63,276 nucleotides of DNA, filler included, from Diploschistes diacapsis (GCA_023645945.1; 5 parts of 5 records of this genome joined end to end with filler, not necessarily neighbours in it), one strand, 5' to 3'. Shown: positions 36,320 to 50,035, counted from the first letter of the whole stretch. Notes: a model not told the origin generated them from the letters alone. Translations and numbers: made by a program.

Positions 36320-37021
36320 ACCATTGGCACAGAGACACGTCCGGCGACGCCAACCAGCTTCGTGGTCAACGATGCAACCACGACCCTGTACGAGTCAGTC
36401 TCATCGACCTTCATTGAAGTCACCACACAGCTCTCCACTGTTCCCGCGCCCTCCAACGCCAGTTCGGCCGCTTCTCCCACTGCCACCACCGACCCCAATC
36501 TCTAGCCCAAAGGACCCGGGTACAACGGCACACTGTGGGCTATCCTCGGCGTTGCTCTCCTTGTTTTCGTCCTCAAGCTCTCATACTCAATCTGGCGCAA
36601 TTTTGCTGGTCGGGCCGGAAGCCTTTACAAGGTGATGGAGGGCGATAAGGAACTCACCGCAATCGCCGATACGAATGCTAAACGTGAGTAGTACTGGAAG
36701 GAGGACCGAAAGTTCAGCGCGAACGTTGGAGAGCTCGGTCAGGAGGACGGAGAGTGCAGCTGGAAGGGTGGGCAGTTCAGTCAAGGAGACAGAAGGTGCA
36801 GCGGGAACGTTGGGTTCAACTGGCACGTTGAGCACGGCCGGGATCGCAGGCAGGAGGACGGAAAGTTGGGTGGGGAAATTAGGTTCGGTGGGAAAGTTGC
36901 ACACGGTAGGGAACGCGGGCAGGAGGACAGAAAAGTCGAGCGGAAACGATGGGTGTCCAGTGGGTACGTCAGGAACGGTGGGGACCTCGAGTATGGGTAT
37001 GTGCTATTCTGCCTACTGTAA
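36320..37021 (+). pseudogene. Probable disrupted single-pass membrane protein gene (S/T-rich stalk, TM helix, repeated tail)
   Basis: One frame, preceded by a canonical-looking intron (GTAAGT 36266...CTAAC...CAG 36319), is interrupted only by TAG at 36503 and 36689. TM-like segment LWAILGVALLVFVLKLSYSIW. Confidence 0.5.
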
Positions 37022-37099
37022 AATTGTGTAACATATTTGGTGGCGCCCTAGTGATGCATTCTGCCTAGCTCGCTGTGGCTCTGCCAGGTACCTAGATCT

Positions 37100-37942
37100 C
37101 TATGTAATTTATATACAAATGCATGTCACTTATAGAAATACGTAGAACTATATAGAATTAAATATAAAAGAAATATAATTTATTATTATCGTGCCTATAA
37201 TAATTTATAAAGTAAGCTATATAGCTATAAAGACTATATAATAAAAAAAAATATCAAAACATTAAAAGATGCTTAAAATACTTTAAAAGTAATTTAAAAG
37301 CGTGCTTTTAGATCTTTTATAATTTCTTTCATACCGTGCTCCTTTTCTTTCGCCCATTATACCCTCCTCCGCTCCTCTTTCGTTCATTATACTCCCCTCC
37401 ACTCTTCCTTTATCTCCGCGTCTAATCGTAGTGGTAAATAATCATAAAAGTTATTTAAAGCTCATAAAAACTAACCTATGTTACGATCTAAGTACCAGAC
37501 TTAGCACGTCCTAGCTTTATATATAGATCAGTTATAGGACCAGGGGTCACGTGATGCGCTTATTGCTCGCGTTTATCCTCGTGAGCGGCGAGCAGGCTTT
37601 CGTTACCGCTCGATAATCGCGTTTATTCTTATAAGCGGCGAGTCTCGAGGGCATCGCTCGTTAAGCTTACGGTAAACGGCGAGCGAATTAATTATATATA
37701 AACACGATTTTATTTTCGTGAAAAAGGGCGTGTTTATTTTAATAGATATCTTTAATAATTATTCGGGATTAATTTATATTCGTTATTTTTATTATTAAAA
37801 AACCTTCTTTTTAAAAATAGTTTAAGATTTATAATTGTTTTATCTTTTTTTTTTATTATATTTTTTTTTTAATAGAGACTAAATCTATCTTAATTTTACT
37901 CGTGTATATTTTATATAAATAGAGATTATAATACTTAAATAC
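37100..37942. mobile_element. AT-rich RIP-degraded transposon relics; element terminus TGTTACGATC starts at 37479
   Basis: Abrupt AT/TpA enrichment. 37479 onward resembles the reverse complement of 177-261. Internal repeats differ by C>T/G>A. Confidence 0.7.
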
Positions 37943-38042
37943 NNNNNNNNNNNNNNNNNNNNNNNNNNNNNNNNNNNNNNNNNNNNTTAATTAATTAANN
38001 NNNNNNNNNNNNNNNNNNNNNNNNNNNNNNNNNNNNNNNNNN
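37943..38042. other. Artificial contig linker
   Basis: N44-TTAATTAATTAA-N44. Confidence 0.98.
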
Positions 38043-38541
38043 GGAATGGAGGGAGTATAAGTATGCGGGGTGCTATACGAGATAGAAAAAGGGCTGTGAC
38101 GGCTTAAAGGGGGGGAAGGGGATGTTGATGTCTTGGGCTGTGGGCTCGTTGAGGATGAATTCGTGGTTTTTTTTTTTCGGACGCGCCGCTTGGGGGGGCA
38201 GAGATGGATGGGGAAGGGGAGGGCTTGGTTATTTATGTGCTGCTGCGGAGGAGGAGGAGGTCGAAGGTGATGGACACAGGAAGATTGAGTGCGGGGCATG
38301 CTGTTAGAGTGTTGGGCCAAAAGCTGTTTACCATAGTAATAGCTAACTTCTGGAGCACGACACGCAATAAGTGAGAGAAGGGCCTGAGATGGATATCTCA
38401 GCAAACGCCAAGCCAATCCAATCGTGAATGCATGCCTGCCATTACGTTGGTCGTGACTGCAGTCTAAACCAGAAGTCTTCACCAAAAAAAGCTAAAAAAC
38501 ATTGGGTTCGGCAACGAGTCAAAAGCATGAATAGATCCACC

Positions 38542-41500
38542 TCATCCCTTTGCGTTGTATCGATCGTTAAAAGCATTGACCGCAATCTCAATCTGCCTGT
38601 ACAGCCAGTTCCTACTGCTCTCCTCGCTCACGGGTATGAACGGCCCATTCGTCCCTCCCTCGAGCGTGATGCCCATCCCCGTTCGCTCCTTGCGAATCGT
38701 CATGATATCTCTGAGACGAATGTCCCATTCCGACTTCAACTTCTTGCTCCTCACGAGCATGATATGGTTGTATGTTAGCATGACCAGCATGTCTTTGCCA
38801 CTGAGCTCGAGGTGCGCTATGTAGTCTTCATTGAAGTACTTGCCGTCGTCCAGTGTCTTGAGCCAGAATTGGCCGAGAGCCTCGCGCTGGGCGTAGGGCC
38901 GGACAATGCCATCCAGCCCGATGAAGCGAGTGAGACGTATACGATCGAGGCCGTCGGCATCGAAGACAGTGGTGGTGTTGCGGACGCCTTCAGCAAGGTC
39001 TGAAAGATTGGTCAGCTAATGCCTATCAGTAATAGTGAGGAAAGGTAGCAGCTTACTGGACGCGAGGTCGAAGGCTCCGATTGCTGGCTTCGTGGCGAGG
39101 CCCAAGAAGCCCTTGCCTACCCCCTTCACGAAGCCCTGAAGGCCTTCCTTTTCTGCTCCTTCTAGAGGATGTCGGGCTAAACCACCGATGCCGCTCGCCA
39201 TGCTACTAGCAAATGCATTGCCTCCAGAAGTGATCCCGTAGAGCGCGTGCTTGGGTCGATTTCGGTTTTTTGACATGCGCCGCTGATCTTGATACTCTTT
39301 ATCTAGCGTCGCGGCGGCCAGGCCCTTCGACATGCTGCCAGTGAATTTGGCCATGCTGTCAGAGAAACCAAACACAGATTTCTTGACAAAGCTTGAAGCA
39401 CCCTTGGCTATGCCAATCCCAAGCTCTTGTGGCCTGTCCGTCATTACCAGGCCGGCATACGGCTCGTAGAAGATATCTGCCACACCAGAGCTGATGTTGT
39501 TGAACAGACCGACCGGGTTCCCAAGGAAGTCGGCCGAGCCAAGGACGATGTGCACTTGCCGCAGCGCCTCTTGCGTATAATGGCTCCTGACATTGTTCGT
39601 CAACGTTGAAATCGTTACCCTTGCATTCTCGAGCATCAAGGCATTGAAACGCAGTGGTGCATCGTTGACATTGCCAATGGACATTGTCATGACATTAACA
39701 AAGAACATCAAAGGATTTGACGTGGTCAAGGTATCCTCGGCGTTGATTCTCTCCGTGCGCACAAAGGATAGATTCATTTGAATCGGCTGCAAGTGCAAAA
39801 GTTCAAAGTAGACGTCTTGACTCTGGTGATCCTGCTTCGGTTCGGGGATGCCCAAGTCCTCATCGCAGAGCTTCCCCTCAACTTCTTCCGTCCACGATGC
39901 GCCTGGTACCTTTAGAAAGTCGAGCATAGAGAAAATGAAGTCTTCGTCAATCTCGATGGTCATCTCTTGAAGCAGCAAAGTTGCATACTTGATGTAAAGG
40001 ACCCCATAAGAGTCATCTTTGACGCGCGTTACCATGGCATGGAAAATGGGGTGAGCCTCCATTTCTTTCCCAGTCTTCGGAACAACGGTGGGGTACAGGA
40101 TGATCGGGAAGATACCGCCGTACAGTTGGTTATCAACTTGGATCCATTTGATCGTTGTGCCGACAGTTTGGTAGAGCTTCGAATCCTGATACTTCAATTC
40201 AATCTCCCGGAGGGTTAGGTAGAGGAGCTCCCTCATATGTTTGTTGACCAGGGAGAGACCAATTCCGGCAAGTCTCAGTTGCGCTTTGAAAGTAACCTCT
40301 GAGTCGACCTCCTTCGCTTCGAACCCAGTAGCCACACTACTTCGAGACGTTGAACCAGTCTTCTGCTTGTACAAGCTCTTCGAAGGCTTCCAGTCTGAAA
40401 GCACTAGGGTCTGGGTCGGCCCTTCGGCCACAACATTGATGTCAATCACCTTCGTCGTGTTCGAGTCTCGCAAGCTTGGAATGCGCATGGGTATCTGATT
40501 GCCGATTTCAGCTAGCTTGACCCTTCGCTCCTTGCCGCTGGCTACAAGCACCATTTCCCTGTTCTTAGCTGCAGGGTAGTCCCACGCATAAGGCATGATT
40601 GATCTCGGCGGAAGCTTGTAGCGGATGGGCCGCCAGCCTGAGCTGCGATCTTCTTCATCCTCATCGACGTTGGGATTTGCTTGATGGAACAGGAACTCTG
40701 TACTGCTTTCGTTTCGCACAGAGAACGGCCAGTGCTTCTTTTCAATGCTCAGATGCAAGAAGAGCGTTGCATCCTCCATGATGATCTCGATCTTGATTAG
40801 TTGTTGTCGTTGGCCTTGCTTGGCTAGCTTGATATGGACAGTTCCGACATTCGATATATTAAACGGGGAAGACCACTGGTTGTTGACGCCGGGAAAGCAT
40901 AGACACAATTGCTTCTCTGGCGCAGAACGAACGTACTTCAACGGTAGCAAGTCGTCTTGCTCGAGAGTCGATATACCGGAAGAACTAGGTTCTCGCACTT
41001 GGATCGCTTCACCTATCTTGTTCTTCACGATGTATCGAGGTGTTACCGTGACAACCTTGGTAAGTTTGTATTTGCCCTCGCCTTCCCTAACCGAAATGCC
41101 GACATGCATTTCAGATCTAGAGCCTTGGGTCGGGAGAGTAGCATCAAAGGCACTTCCAATAGCGTCAAAACTCTGCGGCTTGCTCCAGGAAGAATCGCCT
41201 ATCTTCAACAAAGCTCGATTCTTACGATCATCGCTGGGATATGAGAAAAGGTATGGCAATGCCTTTCGGGATCCGCTGTCCGATTGAGTCTTTATGCCTT
41301 GGCCTGCGGTGGACTTGGCAGAAGAGAACGCTGTCTTACTCTGTATGTTCATATCCATTCCAGTCTTGTTCAAGACCAAATATGGGCTGTAGATGCTGAC
41401 TTTGAAAGCTCCGCCGCTGTCTGGGACGTTGAAGTAATGTAATTTGAGGTTGAGCGAGACACCTTGGCTGTCCTTTGTGGCTAGATTTGACTCCCTATAA

Positions 41501-44500
41501 TCTTCCCGTCCAGATGAGTTGATGACTGCGAAGTCGCTCGGCTTGAAGAGCGTATCTTGCATCTCAATGCTCAAGAGTAGAGTGTGCGAAAGCTCCACAA
41601 CATGCACAGGCGTGACGCCACCTTTCCGAAGGAAATTTGTCCACTCTTTCTTCGTGTTTCGATCATATATCCTATATTTGAAGTCATACGGCAGCAAGTT
41701 CTGCAGCTCGACGGGTGCGGAGAGCCGAATACGCATGTAAGGATAGAAATTGGTCATGGGGTCATTTCTGTCATAGTTCGCACATAATTGGAAAAAAAAT
41801 GGCGGAGAGTCCTCGCCAGACTCTCCATTACACTTGATCGTGCGAACAGACCGTTTTAGTAGGTCTTTCCAGAAGAGGCGTTCACTAGACCATGAATAAC
41901 CGAATCCGGGATCAGGCCTCACGACCAGCGAGTGCTTGAATGCCGCTCCCACTGGGGCAGGACGCGCTTCGCCGGGGAGGGTCTTCTCGATCTTCAGTAG
42001 ATGGCCATCCTCCGGACTGAATATACCAAGCTCAACAGGAATCTGAGTGCTATTTTCGACAAGCAGTGGTGAGCGGAATGTAATGTACTTGACATTATCA
42101 GCCCCGAGTTTGACCTCCACGAGCATACGATGTTGGATTTTCTCTTGTTTTGGTTTGAGGTTGTACAACGTTTCCCCTTCCCGATTGACTACGATACGTT
42201 CGATGCTGTCGAAGCCGCTTCCTTCAAGTTTGGCACCAACCACACCTGTTCTTCCCTCTGGCGAGAGGTTCTCTCTCATTGTTGTGGGATCCTCGAAGCG
42301 CCAAGGGATCTCCTGTCCGTCTTCGAGCTTTGCAGCCGATCCCTGATCTTCTTCCCGAGTTGCGGCCCACACGTTGAGACCAAAACCAGTATAGTTGCGA
42401 ATCCGGTAGGGGGCATCCGTGCCCCTTGGCTTCGATAAGACATCTTCCTCGCTTGATAGGAAGTCTGCGGACTTCGAGCCTAGGGCAATAGACGCTGAAG
42501 TCATCGTAAGTTCCATGGTTTTGTGAGAGTATGCCTCTATAGCAAGCCTGTCAGGACGCTGCTCTCTGGATACATGTAGACCTAGCTGCCAAGGCTCAAT
42601 AAGAGGTTCCCATGCCGACTTTGAGAAGTTGAAAACGTTTATGTATGTGTCAAAGCTAGTATCTCCGGTCATTACAGCAGACCAGTCCCGCACATCGACG
42701 TTAAACTTCTTCACGCTCCAATCTATTAGAGGCAATTCGTGAGTGGCACCGATGAGAACGACCCTGATTCCTTGTACCTCGACGTTCATTTCCTCTTTTT
42801 TTATGACGACAGAACGGCGCGGTTTGACCTTCTCGGTTTTAGTGTGAGCCATACGGCTTTTCGCGACAGTGGAATCGGCTTTACGCGTCCTGGCTTTCGG
42901 CTTAGTGGACCCAGGCCTCGATACTTTCACTTCTTTCAACTTCTGGGGCTCGGCATCCTTTTCTGGCTCGTCTTTTGCATTCATCTCCGAGACCTTGTTG
43001 ACGATTTGCAGAGCTAGCAATATATCTCTCAATGATAATCTCAGGACTAGGGGTTCAACATCCATGTGTATAGTAGTCAGCTGCGAATTATTTCCCTGGG
43101 ATCGGTCGTCCATAGAGAAGAGGATTGAGAAATCATCTAGGATGCGCAGTCGACTGTTCTCGAAACGGTCCATCCTGCAGAGGAACATGCCTACTTTTGT
43201 AATTTGCAATGTCAAAGCGTTTTGTTTCGAGAGTAGTACCTGTTTCGTCCCAAGAACTATGGCCTCAGAATTTGTGATTGTCGGATTAGCTATCAGGATA
43301 ACCTGTGCATCTTCGATATTTATGCGGAAAGACATGGACATGCCTCCGGTATCTTGGTTCTCGCTACTTGAAAGTGCAGGCGTTGCTGGTGTTATCGGCG
43401 TTGTCGCCCCGCTCTCCATGTCCGCGCCTTCTTGGTCATCCTCTTCAGCGTCGTCCTCTTCTATCTCTAGATGCGGATCCGACGCAAGGGCAGTACTTGC
43501 AAAAGATGACAATGCGATCAAGTAGTCGATCGCAAAGATCATTCGTGGGCTATCTATCGACGCTGTAGCGATCATGTGTCTGGCAGACCCACCCGAGATC
43601 GAGAAATTGGCCATAAATTGTTGTTTCACGTTGTCGTTGATGAGAGACATGATTTTGCGATATTTGTTGTTTTCTTGCGTTCGGCTGTCACGGATAGTAA
43701 ATGAGTGTACTAGCAGCTCTGACTCGAGGGCGCCATCGGTAAGCATCTTCAGCTTGACATCCGTTTCATTGATAGAGAATTTGGACAGACTAGCTGCCTC
43801 CAGATCCCCAGCCGGCTGCTCGTCCTTGGCCAATATCAACTCAAGGCCAACAGTTTCAGCTTTAAAAGCAAAGTCAACCTTGGTCCAGACTTCCGAGTCC
43901 GAACTGATCTCTGGCGCTTGGTTGGATGTAGTGCTAGGTTCCTCCTGCTTCTTCGCGCCAATATCACTGACTTTCTTTGCAGGTTCTACGGTACTCTTAG
44001 GTAGTTCTTTGATTGCCTCCTCTTCGTCCATCTCGGGATCGGTTGCAAAAGCGGCGGGAATAGTCTTGGAAAGCTCAAGCAAGAACTTGAGCTGCGTTTG
44101 CGAGATCCGCATATTAAGGGGAGCCATGGTACCCGCAATCTCAACGTCTGGTCTTTCCATTCCGGTCTCGTGCTCTACGTATTTGATCTTGAAATCCAAA
44201 TCAACCTTGTCAATCATCTCGATCTTTTCGGACTGATCCTCGTTGAAGTTGAATTCGGACACGAGCCTGATGTTGCGCACTCCTGCGGAGAGCTTGTTCG
44301 CTACGACCTCCTTGTTTGTACCCCTTACAGTTGCAAACTTGTTGCTTGCATAGATTTCTCCAAGATAAGCAGTCAAGAGATCTCGCTTCCTGTCCGCCAC
44401 CATAGCACGCGGGAACACAATGATAGGAGTTTTGACGAGCACTTCAAATTGCATCTTGCTTGCCGATTCTTGGATTTGACCAGCTTGATTCGCAGCTGCT

Positions 44501-47500
44501 TGGCGGGCGGCATTGAAGATAGCTTGCATTTTCCCGAACTTCACAAGGAAATCGATGATTTTGCGTAACGGCTCTTCTAGAAAGTTGATCTTGATGGAAC
44601 CGGAACGTAAATACACTTTGGAATCGTAGCCTGGGTATGATGCCGTATTGGCATCGTATGTCTGGTATCTGAAATCTGCAAGCTCGTCGCCCTGGATCTC
44701 CAAAATCTGTCGGAGCGGCGACTCTTCCGAAGCCCCTTGGTTGACATCGTCAACAAGAGATAAGCTACCCAGCCGAGCATCGACCCTCATACAGCCCTCA
44801 GCCAAGAAGATTCCAACGTCAGCTGTGTTGAGTCTCAGCGTAGCTAAGCGTATACCGTCATTGTTGAGTATCAATGCTATACTACTCAGATATACCTTGA
44901 TACGTATTCTGTCAGACTCTGATTTCTCAGTGTCTAATTCTTGTTTCTGCTTTGTGTCCTCATTAGCTATTTTCTCGGCCCCATTCTTGTCATCTATAGT
45001 CTTTTGGTCGCCAGCATCGTCAGGACTTGCAAATGTTAGAAGAACAAAGTCGAGCAGTGTTAGTAGTGTTCTCCGCGTCACAATCAGGTTAATGGTGGAT
45101 ACCGAAACGTCGAGGTTCATAGCGATACCTTCGTAGGTCGACGTGAATTCAGGCGAGTCTTTCTGGACTCGTAAAAACTTCACATGGAATAGATCTTTGT
45201 CTTCAGACTTGTCGACGTCTTGACTGGTGATGATCTTCTTGAACTCTGGACTAGGGTCCCTCTCGATGTAGTCGTCCACACTCAAACTCTTGAGGACTAC
45301 CTCAGCTACCATATCATAAGCCCTCAGATAAAAATCAAGCTCAAAATGCTCTGCAACCAGTTCGACAAGGAGCCGGTCTTCTGCTTTGCCGTGAGGATCC
45401 GATCGGTATAAGGAGCCCTGTAAACGATCGACCGTGAACTTGAATTCAAAGTTTCGTTGGCGCAGATTAACTCTCCCTTTTTGCTTGCCGTTTGTTGCAA
45501 CCTTCTGGTGGTCCTCATCTTCATCAAATTCACCATCCACAATAACTTCTGGTTTGGGTTCCTGCATCCGAAACGACTTTGAGCGGTCTCTCCCAACTGG
45601 CTCTCCTGACCGGCGTTGAACCTCGGTCTTCGTGCTCTTGACACCATTGTCGGCCTCACCGGAACCAAATTTGGGTATCGCGATATCAATAAGCTTCATC
45701 AGGTTTTTGTACTTTCGATCAGAAATGGAAGCATGAAGCACTGGAAGATGCCCGGATATTCTCGTCTTCGTTAAGTCCGACGCATTTGGGATGATGGATG
45801 TTTCCAGTGTGAAGTCCATGTTAATTCGATCAATAATGTGATAATTCTTAGACTTCTCATCCGAGGTAAGCTGAGTCTTTGTAGCCTCTATTCCCGGTCC
45901 AATGAGGACTTGGGTAGAATTCAACTTTAGTAAGAATTTATCGTACATCAACCCCTCTAATTGCTTGTAATCTTGTTCGTTGTATCGAGTCTTCTGCTTC
46001 GATTGTATGTCTCTCATAGTATCTTTGTCAACGAGCTCGCTATTTAGGGCCACATGACCCGCATCCAGAATCAAGCACAGGGTGCTCTCATGTGTCACGC
46101 TCTCCGGGACAATGATAAGTGGTGCCTGGATGTCAAGTTTGGCATTGATAGTCTTGTGTTCTTGCAGGGCGAACTCTAGACCTGCACGGGTCTGTTGCCG
46201 AAGGCCTTCGACAGTCGCCCCTGCAGTCTCCATGAGAGCGCCTATGGACTCCATGTGCCGTTCCGGGGGCTTGAAGAACCTGGCTATCTCCACCACAAAC
46301 TTGGGATTGTATATGACTTCGATGCTTTTGAGTTTCATACTGATAGCTGAATCGGCGCTCTCATCCAAAGGATTGTTTTCGAAAATGAGATGGAAGAGCT
46401 CATCGTCGTCATCATTCTTCTCTCCTATAGGACCTTTGATTACTTGTTCCCCCTTATCCTCGTCATCTGCTTTAGCTGACACCTTTGGTTCTGCCTCTCT
46501 ATCTTTGACTTTGACAATCTGGGGGAACAAGCTACCCTCTGTTGTACCATCGTACACCCGGAGACCTCCTAGGCTTATATCTGCCAACAAGGAATCGGGT
46601 CGCTGGAGGCCCTTAAAGTGGAACTTATCAAACATAAAGCTCAAAATCTCCGTCTCCGCTCCATGTGGATCGCGCTTGAGGGTAAAGCTTCCAGCTCGTA
46701 AAGAGGATTCAATTTGAAACTTAATGGAATCTCGGGGCGCGTCAATAGACTCTGCGATAGCCTTCTTCTCATCCCAATCAATCGCATTGTAAAGCTCTCT
46801 TCGCTCCTCTTCGGTCATCTCCGTACGTTCTTCACTCTTTTGATCAGGCTTCTGAGTTTGGTCCTGCTTTCCACCACTCCAAATCCACGAGGACCAACTC
46901 TGCTTCTGAGGTTCTTCCTTTTTCATGCCAACATTTTCCTTTTTTAACTGACTCCTAGCCAAAGACCTAAAGAATCGTAAATCTTCGTAGCTGAATTTCT
47001 CTTCCAACGCCGTCATGTCCTTTTGCTCATCTGCCGAAATCTTTTGCGTCGTCTTCTTCCTTTTGAAAAGGTTAATGTATTTATTTCGGTCTTCTTTCCG
47101 TTCTCGCATGTAATCCCATGTCCATTGGCGGTTGCGCTCGTGTATCTTACGCACGACTGCCTCCCCAGCGAATCTCAGCCAGGCTTTGGGGTCTTCCTTT
47201 GGAGATTTGGTTGGCCGATATTTCTTATATTGCTGGTGTCGAGCGAAGTAGTGGAAAAGATCGACCATCATGAGTCCGTCACGATACTGGTCTTCATCAA
47301 GGACGATGCCAAATTCCTGGAACAGAAGTCGAGCCTTCAAGCGTGGTCTTTCAAGCTTGCCAGTCTTATCGACCTCAACAGCAGCTCTGCCGCTCACGGG
47401 CTTCAGCATGTACTGCCGATTATCCTCTTTGTTGAGTAAGGCACGGAATTTTTCGACAAGCTCAAGGTGCTCTGTTTTCTGTGCCGCCGCACCAGTTTCG

Positions 47501-48186
47501 GTACCTTTTCCAGTGCCCAGTAATTCAGCATCTGTGTTCCAATACAAAGCCAGCGACCCCAAAGTGGCAAGCTTATTTGTGGTACTTGAAGAGCTCTGGA
47601 TCCATGTCGGCTTCCAATTCTCATCAGTACTGACAGCACTGAATTCTTTCAGGGTGAGACCAAGAGCAAACGGATGACCAGGAGCTGCAATCGAGTCTTC
47701 GTAACGCAGATGAATGTTCTTAATACTGATCTGGATATTGTCGACAATGGCAGTAATCAAACTGTCCATGAAGCTCTGGTTCTTCTGCTGCTCTTCCTGG
47801 CTCATGCCCACTGCATTTCGTTCCTTGAGCAGCTCCGCATTCTCGAGCTTCTCCATCTTAACGGCCTGCGCTCTCCGCCTTTCTTCCTCTTCATCGTACT
47901 CTGCATCTTCTCTGGGTGCCGCAAGCAAGAAGACCTCGTCAATACTGACCTTGACTGGCTTCCCTCGAAGATTTGACAATGGTAAAGTGAGAGTGAGATT
48001 CCCAACATGACCTTCAACCACATTGACCGGTAGCTTCAACTGATCGAGAGCTTCTCGCCGCAGCTCCATGTTCTTGAGGGAGACTTCGCCATTCCATATT
48101 CCTACCTGTAACTGGTTGGCATCGAAGTTCTTAACATACATGCCCAAGAAGCGGTTTAAGAGCGTTGCCACGAGGCCTTCGAGCAT
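38542..48186 (-). CDS. VPS13: Vacuolar protein sorting-associated protein 13 (bridge-like lipid transfer protein)
   Basis: Chorein-N start MLEGLVATLLNRFLGMYVKNF; C-terminal GSADFLGNPVGLF and KGVGKG..GLATKP..G. Intron 39056-39000, last exon 38999-38542 (LAEGVRNTTTVFD...). Confidence 0.97.
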
Positions 48187-48811
48187 CTTGGCGGTGGATG
48201 CCGGTCAGGACCGACAGCCTCACTTCTTCGTAGAGTAGGGGTCTCTGGATTCCTAGTAGACTCGTTTCAAAGCCAGAGCGTCTCCACAATTCAGGTTATC
48301 ATTATGCTCGAGGTAATAGCACTCCACCTCCCAGGGAAAGAGTACAGACGCAGCCAAGCCACAGCAGCTACTTGATTGCGCAGACGCTTGTGGGTACGGG
48401 CATGCAGAGATGTCAAGATTCAGCAAGTGAGTATTTGACTTCAAAAATGAAGTGAACAGTACGGCAGCATATTAGAATCTTTCAAAGAACCGAGGATATC
48501 ACCGCACTGGCCCTTCTGTAAACGTTGAAGTTGAAAAGCAAAGATGCACTGCCACAATGCATGTGTGACGTAACTTTACATAGGAACTGTGACCGGTGCC
48601 AAGATTCACTCACTCCCGTGACTTGTGGCTTGAGCTTCAGCCCAGCCAGAAGCTACGAGCTTGTGAAGCTTCTTTCTCACAACCACATCTGTTGGCCAGA
48701 CCCCTCTCCACTCCAAACCACCTTGCTCCTTGCCGCCGGGCTGTATGTGTATAATCAAGACTATGTTATACTGAGTATTAGCTAACAAAAATACGGGTAG
48801 ACCAAGTCTCA

Positions 48812-50035
48812 ATGACTACAATGTTTCGCAGCGGAGCGGCACGCGCTCTTCCGAGGACATTGCGGCCAACAACTTCCGCTCCCCAGATTAGCCCTCGAAA
48901 TGCATCTCGTCTGTACCTAAGCCTGAGTGCTCGTCCAATCGCTAGTCGGCTGGCCATGAGCATCTACAAGCCTGCACCTACCGCTCTTCTCCGTTACGCA
49001 TCCACTGTTGTGCCCGGAGACGACATAGACACCAAACGGGAGAACGAAATTGGCGGAAAGACATTACATGCGCACCCCGAGCGCGTCTCACTAGAATCTT
49101 CGACACATCCTTTGAATCACGAGATAGGAATTACCGAATCGGAAAAGGAAATCGACATGATGGCAGGTATACGGGCAGATCTGGTCAGTCCCCAACCGTC
49201 CACGCATTAGCCGGCCCCTAATCTTCCCTTAGATCACCATCAGACACACCTTCTCTCTTGAAGAAGTCCCCCGCCATGCCCTCTACCTTGGCATGGCCGG
49301 CGTGATTCCATACCTTGCCACCTCCCTCTCAACCGTCTATCTAGCCTGGGACCTCAACCACTCCGCCGCCCACGGAACCGGCGTCCTTCTCGACGCCCAC
49401 ACCGCTGCAGCCGCCCTACAAGTCCTCGAACCCCTGCAGATTGGCTATGGCGCTGTCGTAAGCGCTGTCCCTGTCTCCTTTCTCACCTTTACATCCCCCA
49501 CTTATGAACCTACAACTAATCTTTCCAGATCATCTCCTTCCTCGGCGCCATCCATTGGGGCATGGAATGGTCCAACTACGGGCAGCAATCTCCCGCTAAC
49601 ACCTTCGCGCGGTACCGGCTCGGCGTCATAGCGCCCGCCATCGCCTGGCCCACCATCCTCATGCCCGTTGAGTACGCGCTCATCGCGCAGTTTTTGGCCT
49701 TCAACTACCTGTACTTTCAAGACGCGAAGGCTTCCGCCAAGGGCTTTGCGCCGCCGTGGTACGGTATCTACCGGTTCGTGTTGACGTTCGTGGTCGGCGC
49801 GACTCTTGTGGTGAGTCTCATCGGGAGAGGCCAGATCGTGGAGTACACGGGTCACCCGAGCCGCCCATCGGACAAGCTCAAACAGTTGAGGGAGAGCCAG
49901 ATGATGTATCTGGAGAAGGAAGAGGAGGAGAGGCAGAGGAGGATTGCGGAGGAAGATGAGGAGGGTGGTGATGAGGAGGAAGAGGAAGAGGAAGGAGAGG
50001 AGGATGGGGAAGAAGAGAATGGAGATGATGAATAG
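48812..50035 (+). CDS. Mitochondrial membrane protein, DUF3429/TMEM69-like
   Basis: Arg/Ser-rich presequence-like N-terminus; GMAGVIPY, YGAV|IISFLGAIHWG, PPWYGIYRFVLT; acidic tail. Introns 49184-49232 and 49458-49528. Confidence 0.82.

Noticed and set aside
39427..48023. Many antisense or overlapping ORFs within VPS13 (similar ones within Dicer and NST1)
   Set aside because: Shadow ORFs expected from codon bias in long coding regions.
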